Shown here piece after piece: positions 1 to 9,252 of a DNA stretch of 32,000 nucleotides. Within the stretch, counting starts at the first letter, position 1. Each line of letters begins with the position of its first letter. This stretch comes from Flavobacteriaceae bacterium. Lineage in GTDB: Bacteria; Bacteroidota; Bacteroidia; Flavobacteriales; Flavobacteriaceae. The notes under the pieces were generated by a model. That model did no database searches, was not told where the DNA came from, and saw only the letters and a program-made list of their open reading frames with translations. A program made the translations under genes and the position numbers. The stretch covers positions 2,610,001 through 2,642,000 of the forward strand of contig OZ245049.1 of NCBI GenBank assembly GCA_965224465.1. Reading direction: 5' to 3'.

Positions 1-193
1 ACAGCGCATTACAACACTACAGCGCTTCCATTTTTTCGCTTTTTCTTATGTAAAAAAAAGGAACTCCCCTATTCCGGTCCTCCTCAAAATTAAGTTAAAA
101 AGGTTTTTCATTTAAAATGGCATAAAGATGTCATATCAAAAACAGCTCTATCCCTTTAAAATAGTGTTATTTTTCGTGTCTAAAACAGCAGTA

Positions 194-1099
194 ATGACAA
201 ACGAAAAACTGGCACAAGGAGCAAAAGAATTGAGAAAAGAGAAAAACTTTTCACAAGAGGAGCTCGCCAAACTTTCGGGACTTTCGTTAAGAACCATTCA
301 ACGGATTGAAAAAGGAGAAACTACACCAACAGGAGAAACGCTTAAAAGATTGTCTAATGTGTTAGAGGTTTCACCCCATGAATTATTGGAGTGGAATACA
401 AGCAATGATATTCTTATAAAAACCATTCAAACAAAATATGATTTTTTACATATTTTTAAAGACAAGCTTGTTCTAAGTAGCACGGCAGAAATAGATGATT
501 TGGTAGCAGATTATGGGAAATCCGTAAATAACGTATTTAAAACACTGATGGTGTTTTTTATTTCTATCCCGATATCCAGTGTAATGGCAGTCATTTTTTA
601 CACAATAGATAGATATGGTTTAGCATTTAATTCTGGAGCTTTTTCCTTTTGCTTTTTGGTAATTGCATTCAAAACTTTACTATTTACTTCTGGGGCAACC
701 CTCATAAAAAAAGACCACATTACTAAAATAAAACTTATAAGAAGTTTATCTAAAAATGTTCTTGTAATTTCTCACAAAGAATCTGGACGCATCAAAGAAC
801 GAGGTATCGTACTAGAAAAAAACCAAGTAGCTACTGTTAAAAATGTTTTACTGTCCGAAGGTCTTATAGAAGAAAAAAATATACACCTCAATAATAAAAC
901 CATCATCCTACGAATGGCATTATCAACTCTTATGATCCTTGGTGCTTTTTATTTAGTCTATACAATGGGAATTAAAGAAATGATGTTTTATTATGGCGCC
1001 ATCTTTCTATCTTTAAGCATTATAGAATTAGTAAAAATCACAGTGAAATTGACTCAGCCAATACGCTCTAAAAAAACCAGTATTAAATATGGAGTTTAA
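194..1099 (+). CDS. XRE-family helix-turn-helix regulator fused to a multi-pass membrane domain
   Basis: In ORF 128..1099. FSQEELAKLSGLSLRTIQRIEKGETTPTGETLKRLSNVLEV is a classic Cro/C1-type HTH. Several hydrophobic segments follow (MVFFISIPISSVMAVIFY, FSFCFLVIAFKTLLF, LSTLMILGAFYLVY, YGAIFLSLSII). I moved the start to the internal ATG at 194 (MTNEKLA...), just before the HTH. A start at 128 remains possible. Confidence 0.75.
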   Translation: MTNEKLAQGAKELRKEKNFSQEELAKLSGLSLRTIQRIEKGETTPTGETLKRLSNVLEVSPHELLEWNTSNDILIKTIQTKYDFLHIFKDKLVLSSTAEIDDLVADYGKSVNNVFKTLMVFFISIPISSVMAVIFYTIDRYGLAFNSGAFSFCFLVIAFKTLLFTSGATLIKKDHITKIKLIRSLSKNVLVISHKESGRIKERGIVLEKNQVATVKNVLLSEGLIEEKNIHLNNKTIILRMALSTLMILGAFYLVYTMGIKEMMFYYGAIFLSLSIIELVKITVKLTQPIRSKKTSIKYGV

Positions 1100-1340
1100 A
1101 ACAACATCACTCCCTCATCTCTGGTAAATAACATAAAGAAGGCATCAGGTAAAACATCCAATCTGATCAAAGTTATTTTTAAACTGATACATCCACTATT
1201 TAAGCCACAGAGGAGGATCCTATACCACCAAAACTTACCGTTCCTTTGTCGTTCAATAAAAAACGGCTAGAGAATCACGATATTATGACTTTCAAAACAT
1301 AAATAGTACACAAATAGATGACAGCTTAACATCCTTATTT

Positions 1341-1985
1341 CTAATTTTCTAAAACTAAACTTCGTATAATTTCAGCATTCACTTCATGACCTCCATCAAA
1401 GGAAATAATTTTTACATTATTTTTAAATAAAGCATTGGCTTTCTCGGTTTCTTCGGCAATACGTTCAGCATTCAAATACGTATCTTTTGTCCCGTAAATC
1501 AGTATTGTTTTCGCAGCTAAAAAGGCAAAATCTTCCTCCCTTAATTCTTTAGGAATACCTCCAGAATGGAGTATTAATTGGGTACAATGTAATTGACGTT
1601 TGGCAACATACCTCGTAGCAACACTCACTCCTTGTGAGTAGCCCAACACAATTAAATTCAAGTCACAATCCAAGTTTTCCTTTTCAAAAATGGCATCAAA
1701 ATAATGCATAATATTCTCCGTCTCTTGGAGCGTATTCTCTTTTGTCAACCAACTCGCTCCAACATGCTTAAAGTTTGCCCCTTGGTAATACAGACTAGGA
1801 GCTTGCGCAGCCACAATATAATTTTCCTCTGGGTTTAAGCCTTTAAAATACCGTAAGAAATAACGACTCAGATGTCCCATTCCATGACATACAAACCATA
1901 TATTTTTTGTTTTTACGGTACGCTTATTTAGCGTAGCATACGGTTTGGTAGTACTGTAGACTATTTGTTTTTCTGTAGTATCCAT
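1341..1985 (-). CDS. alpha/beta hydrolase (phospholipase/carboxylesterase-type esterase)
   Basis: In ORF 1341..2042. It has the GxSxG nucleophile elbow (LGYSQGVS), an HG-type oxyanion motif (FVCHGMGH) and a C-terminal GGHEV histidine motif. I moved the start to the ATG at 1985 (MDTTEKQ...), because the upstream 19 codons run into an A-rich intergenic tract. Confidence 0.75.
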   Translation of the reverse strand: MDTTEKQIVYSTTKPYATLNKRTVKTKNIWFVCHGMGHLSRYFLRYFKGLNPEENYIVAAQAPSLYYQGANFKHVGASWLTKENTLQETENIMHYFDAIFEKENLDCDLNLIVLGYSQGVSVATRYVAKRQLHCTQLILHSGGIPKELREEDFAFLAAKTILIYGTKDTYLNAERIAEETEKANALFKNNVKIISFDGGHEVNAEIIRSLVLEN

Positions 1986-2095
1986 GCGAAATGTTGATTT
2001 TTTAGACAATGTAAAGTTCCATAAATATTTATTGGTGTGCAATATTCAAAAAAAAAAACTAATTTACAAATGACAAAACCTCAATTACAGCTTAT

Positions 2096-2219
2096 CGCAA
2101 CTAAATTTCCAAGTGATGATTTAGAAAAGGAATTATTTTTCGTTCTCTTTTTCAACAACGCTAGAACCTAAAATAAACTATGTATAGCTGTCATTTTGGA
2201 ATAAAGATGGTGTTATCAT
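2096..2219 (+). repeat. Dispersed intergenic repeat, copy A (short variant)
   Basis: ...aaatttccaagtgatgatttagaaaaggaattatttttcgttct|ctttttcaacaacgctagaac...tatagctgtcattttgga...ggtgttatcat aligns with the copies at 6616, 15129, 15249, 15411, 18611 and 18957. It lacks the 41-nt internal module. About 35 nt further upstream (from about 2059, ctaatttacaaatgac...) also resembles the sequence upstream of copy C, so the 5' boundary is uncertain. Confidence 0.7.
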
Positions 2220-2302
2220 TGAGCAAACTCAATACCTTAAAAAATATTATACCTTAAAAAATATTTTTAAACAATTAACACCCTCAATTCAACTATTTTA
2301 CC

Positions 2303-2310
2303 TAATTTTG
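2303..2310 (+). promoter_or_regulatory. Bacteroidota-type -7 promoter box (TAatTTTG)
   Basis: taattttg matches the TAnnTTTG consensus and lies 23 nt upstream of the ATG at 2333. Confidence 0.45.
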
Positions 2311-2332
2311 CACGCAATTTGAATTACAACAC

Positions 2333-2779
2333 ATGAAGCGCATCAACGAATACAAGAAAATATTTAAGGTAGAAGGAGTTCTCGAATTAAAAGAGCTTAA
2401 GAAAACCTATAGAAATTTGATTAAAGAGTGGCATCCAGATAAATTTACTGACGAAACAAAGAAGGACGAAGCTGGAAAAGTAAGTTTAAAAATTATTGAC
2501 GCCTATCATTTTTTAGTAAGCATTGCTCCTGCCACAAAGGAAGCAAACTTAGATGCTTATGCAAAAACTATTTCAGAATCTCAAGTTGAAGATTTCCACC
2601 ACAAAAGCATGTTGATGGAAGTTACATTTACAGATGGAAACACTTACGAATACTTTGGAGTGAACCAAAAATTATTCAACAAATTTGTAAATGCAAAAAG
2701 CCTATCAAATTTCGGGAAAAGAAAAGTATTTAACACTTTCTTGTATCGAAAATCTAAAAAAGCAACGGCAATAGCCTAA
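2333..2779 (+). CDS. J-domain (DnaJ-like) protein with C-terminal KTSC domain
   Basis: The N-terminus LKELKKTYRNLIKEWHPDKF carries the HPD tripeptide of J domains. The C-terminal part (MLMEVTFTDGNTYEYFGVNQKLFNKFVNAKSLSNFGKRKVF) resembles the KTSC (lysyl-tRNA-synthetase C-terminal-like) domain. Confidence 0.75.
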   Translation: MKRINEYKKIFKVEGVLELKELKKTYRNLIKEWHPDKFTDETKKDEAGKVSLKIIDAYHFLVSIAPATKEANLDAYAKTISESQVEDFHHKSMLMEVTFTDGNTYEYFGVNQKLFNKFVNAKSLSNFGKRKVFNTFLYRKSKKATAIA

Positions 2780-2803
2780 AGTTATTTTTACATAAAACAT
2801 ATA

Positions 2804-2832
2804 AACCGCAAGACATTTCTTGCGGTTTTTTT
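2804..2832 (+). terminator. Rho-independent terminator
   Basis: Stem aaccgcaag / cttgcggtt around a short loop, followed by a T-run (tgcggtttttttt), 25 nt after the stop at 2779. Confidence 0.75.
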
Positions 2833-2913
2833 TATGATTTAAAATGCCACACAACAACAAATAGAAGTTAACGGCACATGATTTAAAAAACCGCCCTCTA
2901 AAACAAGGCAATT

Positions 2914-2939
2914 ATACCAAATACATTTCCAAGTGACAG
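2914..2939 (+). repeat. Dispersed intergenic repeat, 5'-end fragment (copy B)
   Basis: ataccaaatacatttccaagtgacag is nearly identical to the 5' end of the full copies. Similarity is lost downstream. Confidence 0.6.
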
Positions 2940-3079
2940 ATATTCTAGCATTTAGCGAACAATTAGCTGTAAAAATATCCACCTACCCCATAAAAAGACA
3001 CCTTCGTCTAAAAAAACACAACAAAACAACTGTTTAAGATATCTTTACAAAACACGTATCCATCTCTAAATATAGTTAA

Positions 3080-4642
3080 ATGCACAAAAAAATCATCCTT
3101 CTAAGCGCTTTCTTACTTGTTTTATTAAGTTGTTCAACAAAAAGTAAAGAGGCTCCAAAACCCAATATCATATATATTTTAACAGATGATTTAGGCTATG
3201 GAGACATTTCATCCTATAATGAAAACAGCAAAATACAAACACCAAACATAGACAAACTCACAGCAGAAGGAATGCAATTTACTGACGCTCACACCTCATC
3301 ATCGGTATGTACACCTACCAGATACAGCATTCTTACGGGGAGATACAACTGGAGAAGCACTTTAAAAAGCAGTGTTCTTACAGGGAAATCTAAGGCATTG
3401 ATTTCAAAGAACAGAACTACGGTTGCCTCCATGCTACAACAAAAAGGATATGAAACTGCGTTTATAGGAAAATGGCATTTAGGATGGGACTGGGCACTAA
3501 AAGACAGCAGTAGATTTGGAGGATCGGGATGGAACGCCAAAGATTTTGAGAATATCGACTTCTCAAAACCCATTACAAACGGACCAAAAGAACTAGGATT
3601 CAGCTATTCTTACGGACATGCAGGATCTTTAGACATGGCACCTTATGTGTATGTAGAAAACGGAATGGTCACCCAGTACCCAGATAGCATCACCGAGAAC
3701 ACAGGGAAATATACTTGGTGGAGAAAAGGACCAACTTCAAAAGATTTTATACATGATGATGTAACGCCTAACTTTTTTAGACGCTCGTTCGCCTATATAA
3801 AAGAACGCGCATTAGAGAAGAAGCCTTTCTTTTTATATTTAGCATTACCTTCTCCTCACACCCCTATTTTACCCACAAAAGAATGGAAAGGAAAAAGCAA
3901 TCTAAACCCTTATGGTGATTTTGTAATAATGATTGACGCCTACATGGGCATCCTAGAAAAAACAATAAAAGAAGCTGGCATCGAAGCCAACACCCTTGTC
4001 ATATTTACGAGTGATAACGGATGCTCTCCAGCAGCTAAAATAGATGAAATGATAGCAAAAGGACATCACTCTAGCTATATATACCGTGGACACAAAGCTG
4101 ATATTTTTGAAGGAGGACACCGCGTACCCTTTATTGTAAAATGGCCCAACCGCATCGAAAAAAACACACTTTCCAACCAAACCATCTGCACCACAGACTT
4201 TATGGCAACTTGCGCCGAGATAATCAACTACACACTTTCCGACAACGAAGCAGAAGACAGCTTTAGTCTCTTACCCTTGTTTGAACAACAACCCTTAAAC
4301 ACTTTATTCAGAGAAGCCACGGTACACCATTCAATCAACGGGAGTTTTGCCATTAGAAAAGGAGATTGGAAATTGATCTTATGTCCAGATTCAGGCGGAT
4401 GGAGTTTCCCAAGACCAGAAAACAAAAAAGCAATAGATTCCTTGCCAAAATACCAATTGTACAATTTAAAAACTGATCCAGGAGAAAAAGAAAACCTTTG
4501 GACTCCAAAAAATAAAATTGCCAACAATTTACAATCACTACTTAGTAAATACATTACAGAAGGAAGAAGTACTAAGGGAAAACCTCAAAAAAATGACCCG
4601 ATTGACACCGAATGGAAACAAATAAGATTCGTTAAAAACTAA
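3080..4642 (+). CDS. Cys-type (formylglycine-dependent) arylsulfatase, lipoprotein
   Basis: The sulfatase signature is SSSVCTPTRYSILTGR (C-x-P-x-R). Metal-binding motifs are LTDDLGYGD and FTSDNG, with conserved GKWHLG. The N-terminus LLVLLSC has a lipobox. Confidence 0.9.
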   Translation: MHKKIILLSAFLLVLLSCSTKSKEAPKPNIIYILTDDLGYGDISSYNENSKIQTPNIDKLTAEGMQFTDAHTSSSVCTPTRYSILTGRYNWRSTLKSSVLTGKSKALISKNRTTVASMLQQKGYETAFIGKWHLGWDWALKDSSRFGGSGWNAKDFENIDFSKPITNGPKELGFSYSYGHAGSLDMAPYVYVENGMVTQYPDSITENTGKYTWWRKGPTSKDFIHDDVTPNFFRRSFAYIKERALEKKPFFLYLALPSPHTPILPTKEWKGKSNLNPYGDFVIMIDAYMGILEKTIKEAGIEANTLVIFTSDNGCSPAAKIDEMIAKGHHSSYIYRGHKADIFEGGHRVPFIVKWPNRIEKNTLSNQTICTTDFMATCAEIINYTLSDNEAEDSFSLLPLFEQQPLNTLFREATVHHSINGSFAIRKGDWKLILCPDSGGWSFPRPENKKAIDSLPKYQLYNLKTDPGEKENLWTPKNKIANNLQSLLSKYITEGRSTKGKPQKNDPIDTEWKQIRFVKN

Positions 4643-4774
4643 GTCTGGACTGTAAAAGTCATCCACTTGAATCATCAATTTTTTTATACTAATTTTCTAA
4701 AAACATAAAAACAAACATAAAAACGTATATTTGGTAGTAAATTCCTCACCATAACAACAGGAAGACACCTAATA

Positions 4775-5290
4775 ATGACGCAAACAACTCTTTCAAAACA
4801 CCCCTTACATCACCTTTTAGAACAAGATGATTACGAGGCATGGGAATTGAACATAACAAATTTTATAATTGACAAGGAAAGTCAAAAACACCAAGCTTGC
4901 AGTTTTACGATAAACACAGAACCCGTAATTTATAGGCACGCGCATAGCACGCCCAAAAAAGCGGGACAATTTGTTACCTTTTGGAAACGTAATTTACAGG
5001 GAGAAACCTGTCCTTTTTGTGAAACAGACCTTCTAAATTATTTTCTTATCGTTGTAAAAAAGAAAGAAGAAATTGGCTGTTTTATTTTTCCGAAATCAGT
5101 GTTGATAGAAAAAAATATTATTTCAAGTAGTAAAACAACAGGAAAAAGAGGTTTTAGAATCTATCCTCCTTGGGACATCACCACAAGTAAACAGGCTAAA
5201 AAAACACAAGATTGGCAATTGACTTATTTCGTGAAATCTATAAATAAAAAAATGATCCATCACTTTTTAAAACTATATCAACAAATCTAA
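4775..5290 (+). CDS. MepB-family protein
   Basis: 171 aa. KKAGQFVTFWKRN and the overall size and pattern resemble the MepB family. This is recognition by memory only. Confidence 0.55.
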   Translation: MTQTTLSKHPLHHLLEQDDYEAWELNITNFIIDKESQKHQACSFTINTEPVIYRHAHSTPKKAGQFVTFWKRNLQGETCPFCETDLLNYFLIVVKKKEEIGCFIFPKSVLIEKNIISSSKTTGKRGFRIYPPWDITTSKQAKKTQDWQLTYFVKSINKKMIHHFLKLYQQI

Positions 5291-5589
5291 TGTTTATTAT
5301 ATCACTAACATACATCGTTCCTTTAGCAACAGTAGACCTGCACATGGAAGCTCATATTAAGTTTTTAAACGAACAATATACACTAGGAAATTTTCATGCT
5401 TCAGGAAGAAAAACACCAAGAACGGGAGGTGTTATTTTTTCAATGATTAAGGACAGAGAAGAAATGCTCAACATCATAAATAAGGATCCGTTTATATTCC
5501 ACAAGGTTTCCTCTTTTGAATTGATTGAATTTACGCCAAGTAAAACCTGCAATGAACTCTCATACTTACTAGAACAACAAGACAACTAA
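5290..5589 (+). CDS. YciI-like (YCII-related) small protein
   Basis: 99 aa. It shows the pattern H..FL......G....SG......GG........ee......DPF typical of YciI-like proteins. Its start overlaps the upstream stop (TAATG). Confidence 0.6.
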   Translation: MFIISLTYIVPLATVDLHMEAHIKFLNEQYTLGNFHASGRKTPRTGGVIFSMIKDREEMLNIINKDPFIFHKVSSFELIEFTPSKTCNELSYLLEQQDN

Positions 5590-5607
5590 CATTCACCTAG
5601 CTACCAA

Positions 5608-6459
5608 ATGACAAAAACCAACTTTACACGTATCGCGTTAATAGCAGTTACATTTATCAGCTGTAACAAAACACTTAAAAGCACAGATTTTACCCCCGAA
5701 AACAGTTTTACGGAAGGCATTGAAGGCCCCGCAACGGACTCACAAGGAAACATTTATGCGGTGAATTTTAAAACACAAGGAACCATTGGGAAAATCAACC
5801 CTGACGGCACAGCGGCACTTTTTGTAAAACTCCCTAACAAAAGCATCGGAAATGGGATTAGATTTGGCAGTAAAAATCAAATGTTTGTAGCAGATTATGT
5901 AAATCACAACATTCTAGAGATTGACATCATCACAAAAAAAACACAGGTGTTTGCCCATGATTCAACAGTAAACCAACCGAATGATATTGCCATAGCACCT
6001 AACAAAACCCTCTACGCAAGTGACCCGAATTGGACTAACAACACAGGGAAACTTTGGAAAATAACCAAAGACAAAGGTTTTGAACTACTCGAAGATCACA
6101 TGGGAACTACCAATGGAATTGAAGTTAGTAATAATGGAAAAAAATTATACGTCAACGAATCCATTCAACGCAATATCTGGGTCTATGACATTCTAGAAAA
6201 CGGCTCCATTACCAACAAAAAACTCTTTTATAAATTCGAAGATTTCGGACTGGACGGCATGCGTTTTCACCGCAACGGAAATCTATATGTTTGCAGGTAC
6301 GACAAAGGAACAATAGCTGTTTTATCACCACAAGGAGAACTTATAGAGGAACTACAATTAACAGGAAAAAAAGTAAGTAACATCACCTTTAGCCCCGATT
6401 TTAAAACTTGCTACCTAACAATGGCAGACAGAGGATGCTTAGAGATGATAAAACTATAA
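5608..6459 (+). CDS. SMP-30/gluconolactonase/LRE-family beta-propeller lipoprotein
   Basis: Lipobox AVTFISC. Repeated propeller-blade motifs are EGPATDSQGNIYAVN, NGIRFGSKNQMFVADY, PNDIAIAPNKTLYASD, TNGIEVSNNGKKLYVNE and DGMRFHRNGNLYV. Confidence 0.8.
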   Translation: MTKTNFTRIALIAVTFISCNKTLKSTDFTPENSFTEGIEGPATDSQGNIYAVNFKTQGTIGKINPDGTAALFVKLPNKSIGNGIRFGSKNQMFVADYVNHNILEIDIITKKTQVFAHDSTVNQPNDIAIAPNKTLYASDPNWTNNTGKLWKITKDKGFELLEDHMGTTNGIEVSNNGKKLYVNESIQRNIWVYDILENGSITNKKLFYKFEDFGLDGMRFHRNGNLYVCRYDKGTIAVLSPQGELIEELQLTGKKVSNITFSPDFKTCYLTMADRGCLEMIKL

Positions 6460-6615
6460 AACATAAGTCTAGAACAAAAAAACGGGTCAATTTATTTAAT
6501 ATACGGGTTCAAAACGAGTTAAAATATGCTGTTTGAGTTCACAAACACCATTGAATTTTAAAGCACCCGCAAACCAAACTGATTTACAAATACAGGTTTA
6601 TAATTGAAGCCTCTA

Positions 6616-6779
6616 ACATCAAATACATTTTCAAGTAACGACTTAGAAATGGAATTATATTTTGTTTTAACTAGGTGGAAAATGGAAGAATAACCTAAAC
6701 TACCGTTCTATTCTTCAACAACGCTAGACTGTAAAACAAACTATTTATTGCTGTAATTTTGGATTGTAGTTGATATCAT
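6616..6779 (+). repeat. Dispersed intergenic repeat, copy C (long variant)
   Basis: acatcaaatacattttcaagtaacgacttagaaatggaatt...ttttgttttaactaggtggaaaatggaagaataacctaaactaccgttctattcttcaacaacgctagac...ctatttattgctgtaattttggattgtagttgatatcat is collinear with the copies at 15249 and 18611. Confidence 0.75.
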
Positions 6780-6962
6780 TTAGAAGACATTTGTTTTTTA
6801 AAAACAGTCACCCTAATTTTAAATTATCATTAAACACCCTTAAAATCAGTGCCATTCGAATTGTTTCGTGTATTTTTCAAGAGAGCTATAATTCAATCAA
6901 TCGTTTGAATGTAAAATCTAAGAACAAGAATTAGGACACATAAAAAGGCAAAACAACAACAA

Positions 6963-7730
6963 ATGAAACAGAAAACTGACTACTGGAACCCTAAATTATA
7001 CACTGATAAACACGCATTTGTATATGAATACGGAAGTGATTTAATCCAATTACTAAAACCACAAAAACACGAGCGAATTTTAGATTTAGGCTGTGGATCG
7101 GGTCAGTTAACCGAAGCCATCAACAAGCTAGCGCACGAGGTAATAGGCATAGACAAATCACCAGAAATGATCGCCGACGCCAAAAAAAGCTACCCAACAC
7201 TCCATTTTCAGGTAAGCGATGCTGCTAATTTTGAGTTTAAACAACCCTTTGATGCAATTTTTTCGAATGCTACCTTGCATTGGGTATTGGATTATAAAGC
7301 AGCTATAGACTGCATGTATCAACAGCTAAAACCAGGAGGAAGGATTGTGCTAGAATTTGGAGGAAAAGACAATGTAGCATCCATTACAGCAGCATTGAGA
7401 ACCTCCTTAGCAGCCAGAGGATACCTTGCACAATCACAACTAGAACAATGGTTTTTTCCAAGCCTTGGCCACTACACATCTGCCTTAGAATCACAAGGAT
7501 TTACAGTTAACCTTGCCCATTATTATGAACGTCCTACGGCATTGGCAACTGCCCAAACAGGAATTAAAGACTGGCTGACAATGTTTGCTTCCACATTTTT
7601 TAGCGATGTAGCCACAAAAGATATAATATCCATTAAAAACGAAGTACAAGAAGCATTAAAACCAATACTTTTAAAAGATGACACTTGGTATGCGGATTAT
7701 AAGAGAATTCGGATCGTTGCCATTAAATAA
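6963..7730 (+). CDS. Class I SAM-dependent methyltransferase (trans-aconitate methyltransferase-like)
   Basis: SAM-binding motif I is ILDLGCGSGQLT. Post-I is GIDKSPEMI and motif II/III is FDAIFSNATLHWV...LKPGGRIVLE. Confidence 0.85.
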   Translation: MKQKTDYWNPKLYTDKHAFVYEYGSDLIQLLKPQKHERILDLGCGSGQLTEAINKLAHEVIGIDKSPEMIADAKKSYPTLHFQVSDAANFEFKQPFDAIFSNATLHWVLDYKAAIDCMYQQLKPGGRIVLEFGGKDNVASITAALRTSLAARGYLAQSQLEQWFFPSLGHYTSALESQGFTVNLAHYYERPTALATAQTGIKDWLTMFASTFFSDVATKDIISIKNEVQEALKPILLKDDTWYADYKRIRIVAIK

Positions 7731-7737
7731 TCCTCCT

Positions 7738-8304
7738 ATGAAAAACTACCTACAGCGCTTTCAGATATTAAATGATACAGAAATCGCAGCACTATGCGAG
7801 ATCGCAATTCCGAAAACACTTGAAAAAGGAGCCTTTTTAAACAAAGAAGGGGATGTTTGCACATCGGTCGCATTTATAACTTCGGGAATATTAAGAAGCT
7901 ATTACCACGCGAGTTCTTCTGAAGAAATCACGTACTGTTTTTCTTTTAAAAACGGATTTATCAATGCCTATTCTTCTTTTATAACTCAGGAAAAATCTAT
8001 GGAAAATATCCAAGCCTTGACCCAAGTTTCCCTGCTGTTAATTCCAAAGCATCAAATAGATCGTCTTGAAAAATCCAGCCCTAATTGGATGAAATTTCAG
8101 AAAACAGTCGCTGAGAACAATTACATCAAACTCGAAAGAAGGATTTTTATGCTTCAAAAAGAAAAAGCAGAAGTCCGTTACCAAGACTTACTCACAAACA
8201 ATCCAGAAATCATACAACATATCCCCCTTCATTATATCGCCTCTTACTTAGGAATTAGCGAAAGGCACTTAAGTAGGATTCGAAAGGGAATTTATTTAGA
8301 ATAA
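7738..8304 (+). CDS. Crp/Fnr-family transcriptional regulator
   Basis: It has a cNMP-binding-like N-terminal half (FLNKEGDVCTSVAFITSGILRSYY) and a C-terminal HTH (IASYLGISERHLSRIRK). I chose the ATG at 7738 (MKNYLQRF). The longer ORF start at 7678 overlaps the methyltransferase gene by 53 nt. Confidence 0.8.
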   Translation: MKNYLQRFQILNDTEIAALCEIAIPKTLEKGAFLNKEGDVCTSVAFITSGILRSYYHASSSEEITYCFSFKNGFINAYSSFITQEKSMENIQALTQVSLLLIPKHQIDRLEKSSPNWMKFQKTVAENNYIKLERRIFMLQKEKAEVRYQDLLTNNPEIIQHIPLHYIASYLGISERHLSRIRKGIYLE

Positions 8305-8370
8305 GACATATGTCCTTTTTAAAACTCTAAAATCTCTTTTCCTTTACAGTTACTTTTAAAGACAGAGAAA

Positions 8371-8950
8371 ATGAAAGAAATAGTGATTATAAACGGGCAT
8401 CCCAACAAAAAGAGTTTTAACTACGCCTTAGCATCCGCTTACACAAAAGGAGCCCTCAGCAGTGATGCCCATATTACACATATCAATATTAGCGAATTAA
8501 AATTCAATCCTAATTTAGAACATGGTTATCAACAGCGGACACCACTAGAACCAGACCTAGAAATAGCGATAGAAAAAATACAAAAAGCCCAACATATTGT
8601 CTGGGTCTACCCTACTTGGTGGACAGGTTTCCCCGCCATTATGAAAGGTTTTATAGACCGTACTTTTTTACCTGGTATTTTTATATCAACCCATCCAAGG
8701 AAAACCATTCCCTAAACAACTACTAAAAGGAAAAACAGCCAGAATCATTGTCACTTCAGACACGCCTCGCTGGTATGACTATTTGATATTAAAAAGCCCT
8801 GGTATACGACAATTAAAAAAAGGAGTCTTAGGTTTTTGTGGGGTAAAATCAATAAAGGTTACTTATGTGGGACCGCTTAAGGGGGCAAAAAAAGAATATC
8901 GCGAGCAGTATCTTCAAAAAGTAAACAAACTAGGTAGACTCTTAAAATAA
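8371..8950 (+). pseudogene. Flavodoxin-like-fold NAD(P)H dehydrogenase (quinone), interrupted by a +1 frameshift
   Basis: Frame 1 (8371..8715) encodes the N-terminal 114 aa (IINGHPNKKSFNYALA...WVYPTWWTGFPAIMKGFIDRTFLPG) and then stops. The expected continuation reads in the +1 frame from about 8690 to the stop at 8948-8950 (YQPIQGKPFPKQLLKGKTARIIVTSDTPRWYDYL...GFCGVKSIKVTYVGPL...). The switch lies at or near the T-run ggtatttttata (about 8680-8691). Confidence 0.75.
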
Positions 8951-9208
8951 AGAAACTCTAAAATAGTATTACTAACAATTTCGATTGAACTAATGATGTT
9001 TGCAAGGCATAAAAACACTCCTCGAAGTTGAGTTAAAAGACATTAAGGAAGGAAATAGGAAGTGCTAATTCACAAAAACACTTCACTCTCTCATAAAGAA
9101 GACAAAAAGAATGAAAAAACTTACTCGATCACATTTTTCAATAATAGCATGAATCCTAATACATTGAAAAAACTATTAAAAGAATAAAACCGTTTTAAAC
9201 AAAAAAAA

Positions 9209-9230
9209 CCGAGCTCTAAAGCTCGGTTTT
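9209..9230. terminator. Bidirectional rho-independent terminator
   Basis: Stem ccgagc / gctcgg with loop tctaaa, flanked by an A-run (9201-9208) and a T-run (9227-9230). It sits 23 nt beyond the 3' end of the minus-strand pruA gene and also downstream of the plus-strand gene ending at 8950. Confidence 0.75.
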
Positions 9231-9252
9231 TCTATATAATAAATTCTTAAAA

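Noticed and set aside
1100-1340. Possible degenerate copy of the dispersed repeat (ataccaccaaaacttaccg… and …aaatagatgacagc)
   Set aside because: The short matches are not collinear with the consensus in either orientation, so it is probably chance similarity in AT-rich sequence.
2705-2911. 68-aa minus-strand ORF
   Set aside because: It overlaps the 3' end of the J-domain gene and spans its terminator hairpin. It has no supporting motifs.
7678-7737. Longer start for the Crp/Fnr regulator
   Set aside because: It would overlap the methyltransferase gene by 53 nt and add residues outside the regulator domain. ATG 7738 lies just after the upstream stop.
8716-8950. Treating the downstream reading frame as an independent small gene
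   Set aside because: Its translation (…KGKTARIIVTSDTPRWYDYL…) is the direct continuation of the flavodoxin-like reductase begun at 8371. A single frameshifted gene is the simpler explanation.
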